Shown: positions 38,530 through 48,502, numbered from the stretch's first letter. The stretch is DNA of 64,000 nt from Planctomycetota bacterium (GCA_029245865.1 JAQWOM010000056.1:30417-94416), one strand, 5' to 3'. Program-made: numbers and translations. The notes: a model not told the origin generated them from the letters alone.

Positions 38530-39915
38530 ATGCGAGCGAGGCTTCTGCCCTTGCTCCTCCTCACCCTGGGGCTGATGCCCGCCGCTCTCGCGCAATCTAC
38601 CGGCACACCCGACGCACCCGACGCACCCGACGCAACGGACGCAAATAAAGATCTGCGCGAAGCGCTTCGCCAGGCCCTTGCGACCATCGCCAACCTGGAA
38701 AAACGCGTCTCGCAACTCGAAACAGTTAAAGGCAGCGAAGACCCCATGGAGGCGCAACTGCGGCGCCTCATGACACCGGTCGAAGCCGCGCCCGCGCAGC
38801 GCACAGTGTTCCCTAGCTCGAACAATCCGCGCATCGGGGTCTATATGAATGCCGTGATCGAATCCGGCAACGTCGAGGAAAAGCTGGGAGAAAACGGGGA
38901 TCGATTCTCGCTCAGTGAAACCGAAATCGATTTCCGGATGCCCATTGCTCCCTTCGCTGAGGGCGTCCTCGTCACCGCGATCGAGGACGAAGGCAACAAC
39001 GAATTCCACACCACGATCGAGGAAGGCTACGCCAACGTTTCCCTGGGGGGACTCTTCGACTTCGAAAGTGCCACGCTGGCAAAGATTGGTCGGTTCCGCA
39101 TTCCGTTCGGCCGAGACAACCAGTTGCACACGCACGACCTGATGCAGGTGGACCGGCCGTTTGTCATCACGCAGTTACTTGGCGGTGAGGGGCTCATCGG
39201 AGACGGTATCGAGTTCACCACTCCTCTCGCACACAGTGAGTCCAAGGACGGCTATGGCAGAACAACAACACTGAAGGCCGCTCTGGTCAATGGCGAGGTG
39301 TTTACTGGAGAGGAGTCCTTGCTCGGCGAGTTGGCAGACGACGCCGGCCTCTCCTTGGATTCGGACGCGCCCGTTCTGGTGGCACGCGCCACCCATTACA
39401 TGGAGCTCAGTGAACTTTCCAACATCGAAGTGGGCGTTTCAGTCCTCGACAACGTCGGAAGCAACGCAGTGAAAGTCGAGTCCGGAAGTAAGATCGACAC
39501 CCGCATGTATGGTGTCGACGTTCTCTGGCGCAACCATGACGACGAGACCGGCGTCGGCAGTTGGCTTCTCCAGGGCGAAGCCGTGCAGTCAGACTTCGAC
39601 TACGGAAAGCCTTCCGGAGGAGGCTTCCCCACGGGCTCGCAAACTCGTCGAGGCGTCTCAGTCACAGCGCAACGTCAGTTGAACCCGGATATGTATGCCG
39701 GTCTCCGCGTAGGAAAAACAGATCAACTGGGTACGGATCTGAAGGTGCGCAACATCACGCCTTACATTTCCTGGTACCCCGATGAATTCTTCCGCATCCG
39801 CCTACAGGGCGAGCACCTGGATGTCGACCCGGGGAGCAATGCCAGTCGCGTCTTCCTCCAGTTCAGCTGGAACTTTGGCGCACACCAACCTCACCCGTAC
39901 TGGACCAACCGCTGA
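38530..39915 (+). CDS. Outer-membrane beta-barrel/porin associated with metal ABC uptake
   Basis: Signal peptide, coiled coil, NPRIG, IEEGY, GRF...FG-x-x-NQLHTHD, amphipathic strands and a C-terminal FGAHQPHPY. Confidence 0.75.
   Translation: MRARLLPLLLLTLGLMPAALAQSTGTPDAPDAPDATDANKDLREALRQALATIANLEKRVSQLETVKGSEDPMEAQLRRLMTPVEAAPAQRTVFPSSNNPRIGVYMNAVIESGNVEEKLGENGDRFSLSETEIDFRMPIAPFAEGVLVTAIEDEGNNEFHTTIEEGYANVSLGGLFDFESATLAKIGRFRIPFGRDNQLHTHDLMQVDRPFVITQLLGGEGLIGDGIEFTTPLAHSESKDGYGRTTTLKAALVNGEVFTGEESLLGELADDAGLSLDSDAPVLVARATHYMELSELSNIEVGVSVLDNVGSNAVKVESGSKIDTRMYGVDVLWRNHDDETGVGSWLLQGEAVQSDFDYGKPSGGGFPTGSQTRRGVSVTAQRQLNPDMYAGLRVGKTDQLGTDLKVRNITPYISWYPDEFFRIRLQGEHLDVDPGSNASRVFLQFSWNFGAHQPHPYWTNR
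38606..38632 (+). repeat. In-frame 9-bp tandem repeat (CACCCGACG x3; PDA linker)
   Basis: Read directly from the sequence. Confidence 0.85.
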
Positions 39916-40874
39916 TGAATATCCCCACACTCTTGCTCGCCGCGACGCTGGCGCTTGTCGGAAACGATGTCAGCGAAATCGCCTCGAGTTCACAACCTGG
40001 CGCACAGGTCCAGAAGGACACGGTGCCGATCAAGGTCATTGCGACTGTGCCCACTTATGCTCGACTCGCCGAAGTGATCGGTGGAGATCAGGTGGATGTG
40101 GTGCTTCTGACCCGCCCGACTCAGGATGTGCATTCGGTTCGCGCCACTCCGTCACTCATGGCACGCGTACGAAACTCAAACCTGTGCTTGCATACAGGTC
40201 TCGACGCCGAACTGTGGCTGGACGGCCTCTTGCGCGGATCGGCAAATCTGGACCTGCTGCCGGGGAACCCCAACTCCATTGCCATGTCTGACGGCATCGC
40301 ATTGAAAGAGGTCCCGGGCATCGTCGACCGCTCGCAGGGAGACCTGCACGCCTTCGGCAACATTCATATCTGGGCGGATCCGTACAACGTTCGCATCATG
40401 GCCGGGCACGTGCGTGACGCGCTCATCAGGCAACGCCCCTCAGAAGCCGAGGCCATCACGGAGCGTCACGCGGCTTTCCACAAGCAACTAACCCAAGCTC
40501 TCATCAAATGGCTCACCGAGTACCAATCGCTCAAGAGCCAGCCTGTGGTGGTCTACCACCGCTCGTGGATTTACTTTCTCGATCGCTTTGGCTTGATACA
40601 GGACGGTACCCTGGAACCCAAACCACGAGTGGCACCGACGGCTTCACATCTCGCTAAACTTGAAAAGAAGATGAATGAGCAAGGCGTTCACGTGATTCTC
40701 CGCGAACCTTTTCAACATCCCGAAGCGGCCGATCACGTCGCGGATGCGACAGGTGCCAGCGTGCTCTTGCTCTCCACTCACCCGGGCTATCCCGAGGGCG
40801 TCAACGGCATCATCGAGCACTTCGACTACAACCTGCGCAAGATTGCCAACACCTTGACTGCGGACGATGGCTGA
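39915..40874 (+). CDS. Zn/Mn ABC transporter substrate-binding protein (ZnuA/TroA family)
   Basis: Motifs QDVH, G-x-DAELWL, GDLHAFGNIHIW, YH-x-SW-x-YF and EPKP-x-x-x-PT. Confidence 0.9.
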   Translation: MNIPTLLLAATLALVGNDVSEIASSSQPGAQVQKDTVPIKVIATVPTYARLAEVIGGDQVDVVLLTRPTQDVHSVRATPSLMARVRNSNLCLHTGLDAELWLDGLLRGSANLDLLPGNPNSIAMSDGIALKEVPGIVDRSQGDLHAFGNIHIWADPYNVRIMAGHVRDALIRQRPSEAEAITERHAAFHKQLTQALIKWLTEYQSLKSQPVVVYHRSWIYFLDRFGLIQDGTLEPKPRVAPTASHLAKLEKKMNEQGVHVILREPFQHPEAADHVADATGASVLLLSTHPGYPEGVNGIIEHFDYNLRKIANTLTADDG

Positions 40875-41667
40875 CGGAGGCACACGAGCCCCGACCTTGC
40901 TCCGGGTGATGGATGTCTCGGCGGGTTACGGAAAACTCCGTACGCTCTCGAACGTTTCCATCGATGTCCAACGCGGGAAGGTCACGGCGCTCGTCGGCCC
41001 CAATGGCTGTGGGAAAACAACGTTACTGCGCGTCCTCCTGGGGCTGCTGAACCCGCAAGCGGGTTCCGTCGAATGGCCCCAGGGGCGCGTGCGCGTCGGT
41101 TACGTCCCGCAGGCCGACGCCTCCGAACAAATCTTTCCGGTGTCGGCCCTCGAAGTGGTGTGCATGGGTCTCACGCCCGGCATGGCTCTGCTGCGCTCTC
41201 CAGGAAGCAGGGAACGGGCAGACTGTCAGGAGGCCATGGAACGCTTCGATGTGGCACGCCTCGCGGGCCATCCGTTTCGCGAGTTGTCCGGAGGTCAACG
41301 CCAGCGCGTCATGCTTGCCCGGGCCACCGTGGCCAACCCCGAACTCCTGGTCCTGGACGAACCGGTGCGCGGTCTCGATTTCGCCAGTTCAGCCAAGCTG
41401 GTGTCGTCGATGCGGGACCTCGCTCTGAACGGCGGAATGGCCGTCGTCGTGGCAACGCACAGTCTCGACCTGGTGGCCAACTACGCCGACACCGTCGCTC
41501 TGTTCAAGGAAGGACGCGTGCTAGCGGGGCCTGTCGCCGAAATACTGGATGACGCCCATCTCACCGACTACCTGGGAACGCCCATCCACGTCGCCGAGGT
41601 CGACGGAATACGCATGGTCGTCCCGGGAGAGATGGTGACACGATCCGTCGATGAGCAGCGGCCATGA
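40867..41667 (+). CDS. Zn/Mn ABC transporter ATPase (ZnuC-like)
   Basis: Motifs GPNGCGKTT, VGYVPQ, ELSGGQRQRV-x-LARA, LDEP and TH. Confidence 0.9.
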   Translation: MADGGTRAPTLLRVMDVSAGYGKLRTLSNVSIDVQRGKVTALVGPNGCGKTTLLRVLLGLLNPQAGSVEWPQGRVRVGYVPQADASEQIFPVSALEVVCMGLTPGMALLRSPGSRERADCQEAMERFDVARLAGHPFRELSGGQRQRVMLARATVANPELLVLDEPVRGLDFASSAKLVSSMRDLALNGGMAVVVATHSLDLVANYADTVALFKEGRVLAGPVAEILDDAHLTDYLGTPIHVAEVDGIRMVVPGEMVTRSVDEQRP

Positions 41668-42938
41668 CTGGGTGGCTGGATGGGACTGCTTTCGCAGCGA
41701 TTCCCGGAGCGGTGGCAGGCGGACTGATCGCCGGAACCTTGCTCCCGCTTCTGGGCATGTGGGTGGTCTTGCAGCGCGTGGTGTTCCTGGGTGTCACGCT
41801 CGCTCAGGTGGCCGCTGCCGGCGTAGCGCTCGGCCTGATACTGAACCTGCCCTCGCTGCCATTTGGCATGGCGGTCACACTGGGCCTTGTCACGCTGGTC
41901 GGGTCACGTCAGCGCCTCACCCGACTGGGCGACGCAGCATTGGGCGCGGGTTTCTGCGTGGCCTCTGCACTCTCGCTGCTGTTCATCTCACGGTCCGCCT
42001 CGGATCTAGATGAAGTCAACCACGTCCTCTACGGCAATCTGATCTACGCTGCACCTGAGGCCGTGTGGACGGTTGGTATCACGCTGGCAGCGTGCGCCAC
42101 AATCATTGTGATTTTTTTCAAAGAGCTTCTTTTCACGTCCTTTGATGCGGAATCTGCAGCGGCTCTTGGCATGCGTGCACGCGGCTGGCAACTGCTGCTC
42201 TTTCTTGTGCTTGCACTCGCGCTCTCGGTGTCCATGCGCACCACGGGATCGCTGCTCTCCTTTGCCATGTTGGTGCTCCCTCCGCTCGCAGCACTCCGAC
42301 TGCGCGTCGGGCTACGCACCACTTTCACTCTCTCTGCCGTGCTCGGCTTCCTGGGCACACTGGCGGGCCTTGCGCTGGCCGTGTCTGCAGATCTGCACGT
42401 TGAATCGTCCATCACCATCGCACTCTTCATGATGATTCCAATCTGCGCGGCGTGGAGGCGACACCCGGCATGGGGCCTTGCCCTCGCAGGTGCGCTCTTT
42501 GCCGCAGGCGCCTCGATCACTCCGACCGACTCCGGAGATGCACACCGACACCATCACGATGCCGCCATCGTTGCAGCTGCAGGCGATCCTTTTCATGCGG
42601 ACGTGGCTCTCCTGGCCACCCAACCCCTGGCCGGAGGCCCTCTGCGCATCGAATGGAGCATTGACATCCATCGAGACCCCGAAGAGACACAGGTTCCACC
42701 CGCTGTCTGGTTGCTTCTGTCCAGCGAGGGCCTTTTTGACGAACACCTGCTCGTGCCGGATCTCTACGCACTTCCCGCGGGCGACTCTCTTCACACCGGC
42801 ACCTACTTGGTGGACGTGGACAGACCGATTCACCACATCGACGGCCAATTGTGGAGCGGGCCCTCGGACAGCATGGACTCCGAACCGCTCGACCCCGCAC
42901 ATACCTCTGTGGAAAGCTGCGACGTCACCCGGCGTTAG
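41664..42938 (+). CDS. Zn/Mn ABC transporter permease (ZnuB-like) with His-rich C-terminal extension
   Basis: Motifs LG-x-WVVL-x-R-x-VF-x-G-x-x-LAQ, LYGN and KELLFTSFD, plus an extra ~150-aa C-terminal region. Confidence 0.87.
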   Translation: MTGWLDGTAFAAIPGAVAGGLIAGTLLPLLGMWVVLQRVVFLGVTLAQVAAAGVALGLILNLPSLPFGMAVTLGLVTLVGSRQRLTRLGDAALGAGFCVASALSLLFISRSASDLDEVNHVLYGNLIYAAPEAVWTVGITLAACATIIVIFFKELLFTSFDAESAAALGMRARGWQLLLFLVLALALSVSMRTTGSLLSFAMLVLPPLAALRLRVGLRTTFTLSAVLGFLGTLAGLALAVSADLHVESSITIALFMMIPICAAWRRHPAWGLALAGALFAAGASITPTDSGDAHRHHHDAAIVAAAGDPFHADVALLATQPLAGGPLRIEWSIDIHRDPEETQVPPAVWLLLSSEGLFDEHLLVPDLYALPAGDSLHTGTYLVDVDRPIHHIDGQLWSGPSDSMDSEPLDPAHTSVESCDVTRR

Positions 42939-42993
42939 CAGAGCGGCATCGACTCCATCACTGGATGGGTCTCTGATGAGCCAAGTTCGTAGC

Positions 42994-45966
42994 TCATAAG
43001 TCTCCAAATTCTCCAGAGGCCTTTTGGAGCTCGGCTGCCAGGGACTGACCTTCTTCCGATAGATCCTGCTTTCCCAGGAATGCGCCCACTTGCTCTTTGC
43101 TCTTGGAGAGCACCTCGTCATGCTGCCACCTGACATTCCCCTGCTCCATCAACATTTCGCCAGCTAGGTTTCTGAGCCTGGCGAGCTCCGGTGCAGACAA
43201 CTGGATTTCTGAGTTCACCGACAAGAAGATTCCAAGGTTGTAAAAATCAGTGGCCAACTCGAAATCACAATAACCAGCCTCTACATCTTGCAGATCCTGA
43301 AACGCCGCGCCCTCCCTTTGATCTTGAGCATGTTGGTTCTTCACTCGAATCAGTTGCAGCTCAACCCCACTCAAGTAAAGCTCGACCAGCTCATCAAAAA
43401 TCGCTGCGGCTCCCTCCGTATCCCCACGCTCTTTATGTGCCAACCACTCAAAATTCATCGCCTGGTAAAGCGCCCTGAGGCTGATCAAGGTGGAGATATT
43501 GTATTTCCCGGAAGTCTTCCGCTTCTGTGCGAGCGTCTCCTTGGCAACGTCGAGAGCGCCCTGATGGTCACCCAGGCCATCGAGTAAGAGTCCATAGCCA
43601 GTCTTCGCCTGAAGTGTATTCAGGTTCTCAGGACCGAACGTGCTCTCCATCTGCGCAACGACTTCCGAGTAGAGCTTCAGAGATCGCTGCCCGCTGGCTG
43701 CTTTTTCCTCGGACCGAGAGACAACGTCCATTCTGTAGAACTGCTCCAAGAGCGCCCAACCGAGACGCCACTTGGGGATCAGGACGTTGAGCGGGGTTGT
43801 TCCCGGTTCGCCATGAGAAATCTCGCTCCACCAGGCCAGGACATCCTCGACTTGAAGCACGGCCGCCTCGTAATAAGCCATCCTGCTCAGTGACATGGCC
43901 CACTCAAGCTGAAGATCCCGCGTCAGCGGGTGATTGGCCCCCATCAAGCGTTCGTTTCCCAACGCCTGCTTGTAGAAATCACCGAAGAGCCTTTCCGCCT
44001 CTTCGTACTCCTTGAGATGAGAGTGCAAAAGGCCCTTTGCAAGGCCAAGCTTCATGACGCGAGGGTGTGACGGAGGCAAGTAGTTGCCCAGCGTCTCCAT
44101 GCGTCTGTTCAAGTACTTCTCTGGGTCCTCAATTTCCCTTCTAAAGCGCAAGAGGTCTTGCTCAAGGTCACCGCGCAAAGCTGCAATAAGCAGGTTGGTC
44201 CGCACGGGAGCGAGACGCTTCTCAAGATCTTCAAGCTCGGCTTGAATCTGAAGTGACTCCACAGATGAAATGGACACATCCTCATACTTACCTCGAAGCT
44301 TGTTGGCTCTCTGTCTGTAGGTCTCCTGCCACTCCCACAGCCCCTCGACCGCCCTGTGGTACTCACCTTGCTCGAGCTCGATAAGCGCCTTGTACTTCAC
44401 GGGGAACTCACCGAGTGCTGCTCCTGCTATCCCAGCGACTTCCGCTTCATCCAGAATCCTCTTTGCCTCCTCATGAAGGCAGTACTCAAGATGTGCATCG
44501 ATGAGCCTGCGGTAAGCACGCGCTCGCATCGCGAGTGACGCATTCGAGCCCTGGCCACACAGCTCATAAAGCGCTTTGCCCTCAGCATTAAGCTGAAACA
44601 ACGGAACGCCCTGCGGGACGCTTCGGTCGAGATCAAAGAACACAGGCTCCCGCTCAAACTTCGTAAGCAGCTCCTGAATCGCAAAATTCGCGAACTCTTC
44701 CGTGTTCTGTGAGAGCTCTTCGTCAAGCAGTCGGTTCTCTTCCTTGAGTTGCACCGACATGATGAACACCACACCGACGGTCGCCATAGCGAGGAAGATT
44801 CCGAGGGCCACTCCGACCAAAAGCTGCGGCCTTCGGCGGAGCCAGCGCCACCCCACTTTGAGACGTCCAGGGCGTACTGCGCTGATAGGTTCACCGGCCA
44901 AGAAGGCGTTCAAATCGCTGGAAACGGCAACCATATCGTCATATCGATGGGCCGGATTCTTCTCCATCATCTTCATCACGATGGTTGCGAGGTCTTCTGG
45001 AATACGAGCCCGAACCGACCGCGGATCTGGCACATCATAGGCCTGGACCTTCTGGCGAACGAGTTCCACAGAGTCGCCAAAAAATGGCTTCTGAAAAGTC
45101 AGCGCTTCGTAGAGGGTTGTTCCGAGAGCAAACATCTCAGTGCGTGCGTTTGAGATTCCGTCGAACTGCTCTGGAGACATATACATTGGAGTCCCGATGA
45201 GCTCCCCTAGCAGAGAGATCTCCACCTGGTCATCCATCTGACCCAACCCAAAGTCGATGAGCCGCGCCCGGCCGTCATCTCCGATCAAGATGTTGGCGGG
45301 CTTCACATCCCGGTGAAAGATCTCTAAATCGTGCACCGTCTCCATCGCAAGAGAGACATCCAGGAACCAGGCGGCCACCTTCCGATCGTATTGCTCCCCG
45401 AACGCCTGGTTCGCCGAAAGTTCTTCAGCATGAAGCTTGAGCAGTTCACTGAGTGTTTGCGAACCCTCGACAAGTTCCTGGACGAGATATGGAATGCTTC
45501 CATAGAGGCCGCTCGCGTAGACAGACACAAGTCCTGGATGCCGGACTCCAGCGAGGATGCGCCCCTCTCGATCGAATCGATCACGCGCCCGATCAGAAAG
45601 CAGCGCCAAACTGAGTTGCAAAAACTTGATCGCGACAAGTCGATTGAGAGAGAGCTGGCGTGCCTCCCACACGACGGCGGAGCTTCCCGCCCCGAGCTCT
45701 CGAATCAGTTCATAGTCCCCATCAACAAGAACGCCGGCCGCAAACACCTGGTCCTTGTCGTGGACGATCCCGGCCAGCCTCAGGTGTTCTCGAATGCGTT
45801 CCTTGAGGAGAGGTCGCACATCCTCGGATTGTGCCGCGAGGAAGCCGTCGACCTGGTCCATCTCGCCGGCGCGGTAGAGTTCAAACCACTCTCCATAGGC
45901 CGCATCAACCCTGAAACTCAGGGGAACGGTTCCCGCTCCTTGAGTGCTGCTCGTGGGGTCATCCAT
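42994..45966 (-). CDS. Hanks-type Ser/Thr protein kinase with a hydrophobic segment and TPR-like C-terminus
   Basis: Motifs LGAG-x-x-x-x-V, VAIK, HRDVKPANIL, DFG and GTPMYMSPEQ; helical repeats such as GANHPLT and GPENLNTL. Confidence 0.92.
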   Translation of the reverse strand: MDDPTSSTQGAGTVPLSFRVDAAYGEWFELYRAGEMDQVDGFLAAQSEDVRPLLKERIREHLRLAGIVHDKDQVFAAGVLVDGDYELIRELGAGSSAVVWEARQLSLNRLVAIKFLQLSLALLSDRARDRFDREGRILAGVRHPGLVSVYASGLYGSIPYLVQELVEGSQTLSELLKLHAEELSANQAFGEQYDRKVAAWFLDVSLAMETVHDLEIFHRDVKPANILIGDDGRARLIDFGLGQMDDQVEISLLGELIGTPMYMSPEQFDGISNARTEMFALGTTLYEALTFQKPFFGDSVELVRQKVQAYDVPDPRSVRARIPEDLATIVMKMMEKNPAHRYDDMVAVSSDLNAFLAGEPISAVRPGRLKVGWRWLRRRPQLLVGVALGIFLAMATVGVVFIMSVQLKEENRLLDEELSQNTEEFANFAIQELLTKFEREPVFFDLDRSVPQGVPLFQLNAEGKALYELCGQGSNASLAMRARAYRRLIDAHLEYCLHEEAKRILDEAEVAGIAGAALGEFPVKYKALIELEQGEYHRAVEGLWEWQETYRQRANKLRGKYEDVSISSVESLQIQAELEDLEKRLAPVRTNLLIAALRGDLEQDLLRFRREIEDPEKYLNRRMETLGNYLPPSHPRVMKLGLAKGLLHSHLKEYEEAERLFGDFYKQALGNERLMGANHPLTRDLQLEWAMSLSRMAYYEAAVLQVEDVLAWWSEISHGEPGTTPLNVLIPKWRLGWALLEQFYRMDVVSRSEEKAASGQRSLKLYSEVVAQMESTFGPENLNTLQAKTGYGLLLDGLGDHQGALDVAKETLAQKRKTSGKYNISTLISLRALYQAMNFEWLAHKERGDTEGAAAIFDELVELYLSGVELQLIRVKNQHAQDQREGAAFQDLQDVEAGYCDFELATDFYNLGIFLSVNSEIQLSAPELARLRNLAGEMLMEQGNVRWQHDEVLSKSKEQVGAFLGKQDLSEEGQSLAAELQKASGEFGDL

Positions 45967-46010
45967 TCGACCCCCTCATTGTAGCAGCCCTCCTCCGAGA
46001 GCCAGCCGGA

Positions 46011-46754
46011 TCAGGAGCGCGCCTTTCCGCTTTCTTCATCACGCGCTCTCTTCGCGAAGTCCAGAAGTGATCGTGCGTGGTTCAGCGCGCGCCTCAGCGC
46101 CTTTCGAGCACTCCCGATCTCAAGGCCGTAGGCCTCGGCCAGTTCAGCGACGCTCCGGCCCTCCAGGTGATCCATGATCAGCTTTCGCTCCCGCTCTATA
46201 GGCAAAGCCATGATCGTCTTGATGAAGAGTTCATTGTCTTCGGCACGAACAAGCTCCGTGATCGGGCTGCCTTCGCTGGAAGAGCCCTCCATTTCATTCA
46301 CGTCGAGATCGACCCTCGCATCGTCCGAGCGCTTGTACCGTCGCAGGTCACGGCCCCGATTGGAGGCTTTCCAACTGAGGCGCTGAACCAGCATGGCTAA
46401 AAACTGCGGAAAGGTCGTGAACTCGAGCTTGTCGACATCACTCCAGATGTTTCCCAGTACTGAATTTGCAAGGTCCTGAGACTCGAGGTGGCGCTTGAGA
46501 TCGGGTGCAACGCGACCATGCGACCGAGCCTCTGCATGAGGAATGAGAAACATGAAGAATTCTTCGCTGAGCTCTTTCTCTCCGTCTCCGCGCTTGAGCG
46601 CGTCAAAAACAGCCCCCAAGACGATGTCGAGGACTTCGCCCCCCATCTCTTGTCGCCGCCGCAAACCCTCTTTGCCCAGTTCGGTCTGAACCAAGCGATA
46701 GGAGGCAGGCCCCAACTCACGTGCCGCGAAAGCCTGATATTCATCCTGGCTCAC
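46011..46754 (-). CDS. ECF-type RNA polymerase sigma factor paired with the kinase
   Basis: Sigma2-like region (LKRHLESQDLANSV...FLAML...KASNRGRDLRRYKR) and sigma4 HTH (LEGRSVAELAE-x-x-G-x-x-x-GSARK). GTG 46754 has a GGAGGT RBS. Confidence 0.82.
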   Translation of the reverse strand: MSQDEYQAFAARELGPASYRLVQTELGKEGLRRRQEMGGEVLDIVLGAVFDALKRGDGEKELSEEFFMFLIPHAEARSHGRVAPDLKRHLESQDLANSVLGNIWSDVDKLEFTTFPQFLAMLVQRLSWKASNRGRDLRRYKRSDDARVDLDVNEMEGSSSEGSPITELVRAEDNELFIKTIMALPIERERKLIMDHLEGRSVAELAEAYGLEIGSARKALRRALNHARSLLDFAKRARDEESGKARS

Positions 46755-47045
46755 GGTGTGTACACCTCCATCTCTTTGTCCGAACGTTGTCTTCAAGGCC
46801 TTCAAGCTAAGAGATCCTTCCGGTGGCATTCCGGGACATCTGATTAAAGAAATTTCTCGCGGCACGAAACCACCGGATCATACCCACGAGGGATTCCCTC
46901 TTGTGAAAGACGAGATCTCCTCGCCCGCTCGCCAACTTTCTCGGACCTAAGGGGATCCCGCAGTTCCAACTGCCAATCCGACCAGCCCCCTGATCAGGTG
47001 AAATCCTCCGTACGACTTCTTGGGTTTTCCGGCTAGCCTGTGAGC

Positions 47046-48479
47046 ATGCCGACCGGTGACCACATGACGCCCGAAGAGTTTCGTGAAGCGGGCCACGCCA
47101 TGATCGACTGGATCGCTGAATACATGCAGCAGGTCGAAGAGTTTCCGGTGGCGTCGCGCGTCGAGCCAGGTGAAGTACGTGCCATGCTCCCGGCGCACCC
47201 TCCCGAACAAGGCGAGCCATGGTCCGAGATCGCGGCGGACATTGACCGTGTCGTGATGCCAGGCATCACGCATTGGCAATCGCCCAATTTCTTCGGGTAC
47301 TTCTCTTCCAATTCGTCCGGGCCCAGCATTCTCGGCGACCTGCTCTCCACGGGTCTCGGAGTGCAAGGCATGCTGTGGGCAACAAGCCCGGCGTGCACGG
47401 AACTCGAAACCCACGTCCTGGACTGGCTGGTGGACATACTTGGCTTGCCCGCCGCGTTCGCGAGCGATAGCAAAGGTGGCGGAGTCATCCAGGACACGGC
47501 CTCCTCGGCAACTCTCGCTGCAATCTTGACGGCACGCGAACGTGCGACCGATTGGCTCAGCAATGCCGAAGGAGCCAAAGGTCCTCTTGTGGCCTACACC
47601 TCAAGCCAGGCTCACTCGTCCATCGAGAAGTCTGCGATGGTGGCGGGCATTGGCAAGAACAACGTCCGGATGATCGACGTTGACTCGGCATTCGCGATGC
47701 GGCCCCAAGCACTCGCGGAAGCGATCACCGCCGACCGCGCGGCGGGTCGCACACCGTTCTTCGTCTGCGCTTCTCTGGGAACGACATCTTCTCACGCGTT
47801 CGACCCGCTGGCATCCATCGCGGAGATCACGCAACGCGAAGGCCTGTGGCTGCATACCGACGCTGCGGAGGCCGGGGCGATGCTGGCCTGCCCCGAGTTC
47901 CGTCACCTCGCCGAAGGAATGGAAGCAGCCGACTCGTTCTGCTTCAACCCGCACAAGCACCTCCTGACCAACTTCGATTGCGATGCCTACTTCGTGCGCG
48001 ATCGGGAAGCCTTGATTCGCACGATGAGCGTGCTGCCCGAGTACCTGAAGAACGAGCAGACCATGGCGGGCAAGGTGATCGATTACCGTGACTGGCACGT
48101 GCCGCTCGGACGACGATTCCGTGCGCTAAAGCTCTGGTTTGTGATCCGCCATTACGGCGTCGAGGGTTTGCGAAGCTACCTACGCGAGCACGTTCGCATG
48201 GCCCAACTGTTCGCAAGCTGGGTCGATCAAGATCCCGACTTCGAGATCTTTGCGCCGCACCCTCTGACGCTGATCTGCTTTCGACACCGCAGCGACGACG
48301 CCACCAACCGCGAGCTGATGCAACGCCTGAACGACTCTGGCGAGCTCTTTTTGACCCACACGGTGCTCAACGATCAGTTCATCCTGCGCATGGCAATCGG
48401 CGGTGCGAAGACAACCGAGAGTCACGTGCAGCGCGCCTGGGAAAAAATCCGCGCGATGGCAACCGAGCTCAGTACCTGA
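47046..48479 (+). CDS. Aromatic-L-amino-acid (DOPA) decarboxylase, group II PLP-dependent
   Basis: Motifs MPGITHWQSPNFFGYF, W-x-TSPACTELE, AHSSIEK, HTDAA, NPHK (PLP Lys) and PLGRRFRALKLWFV. Confidence 0.93.
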   Translation: MPTGDHMTPEEFREAGHAMIDWIAEYMQQVEEFPVASRVEPGEVRAMLPAHPPEQGEPWSEIAADIDRVVMPGITHWQSPNFFGYFSSNSSGPSILGDLLSTGLGVQGMLWATSPACTELETHVLDWLVDILGLPAAFASDSKGGGVIQDTASSATLAAILTARERATDWLSNAEGAKGPLVAYTSSQAHSSIEKSAMVAGIGKNNVRMIDVDSAFAMRPQALAEAITADRAAGRTPFFVCASLGTTSSHAFDPLASIAEITQREGLWLHTDAAEAGAMLACPEFRHLAEGMEAADSFCFNPHKHLLTNFDCDAYFVRDREALIRTMSVLPEYLKNEQTMAGKVIDYRDWHVPLGRRFRALKLWFVIRHYGVEGLRSYLREHVRMAQLFASWVDQDPDFEIFAPHPLTLICFRHRSDDATNRELMQRLNDSGELFLTHTVLNDQFILRMAIGGAKTTESHVQRAWEKIRAMATELST

Positions 48480-48502
48480 CGCGTCAACGCCAGCGCTTGC
48501 CG

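Noticed and set aside
38606-38632. 9-bp tandem repeat as a phase-variation or CRISPR-like element
   Set aside because: In-frame, only three copies and no spacers; it encodes a flexible PDA linker.
45100-45160. Possible pseudokinase (subdomain IX reads TEMFALG instead of SD-x-x-SLG; atypical Gly loop)
   Set aside because: VAIK Lys, HRD-x-K-x-x-N and DFG are intact, so inactivity is not supported.
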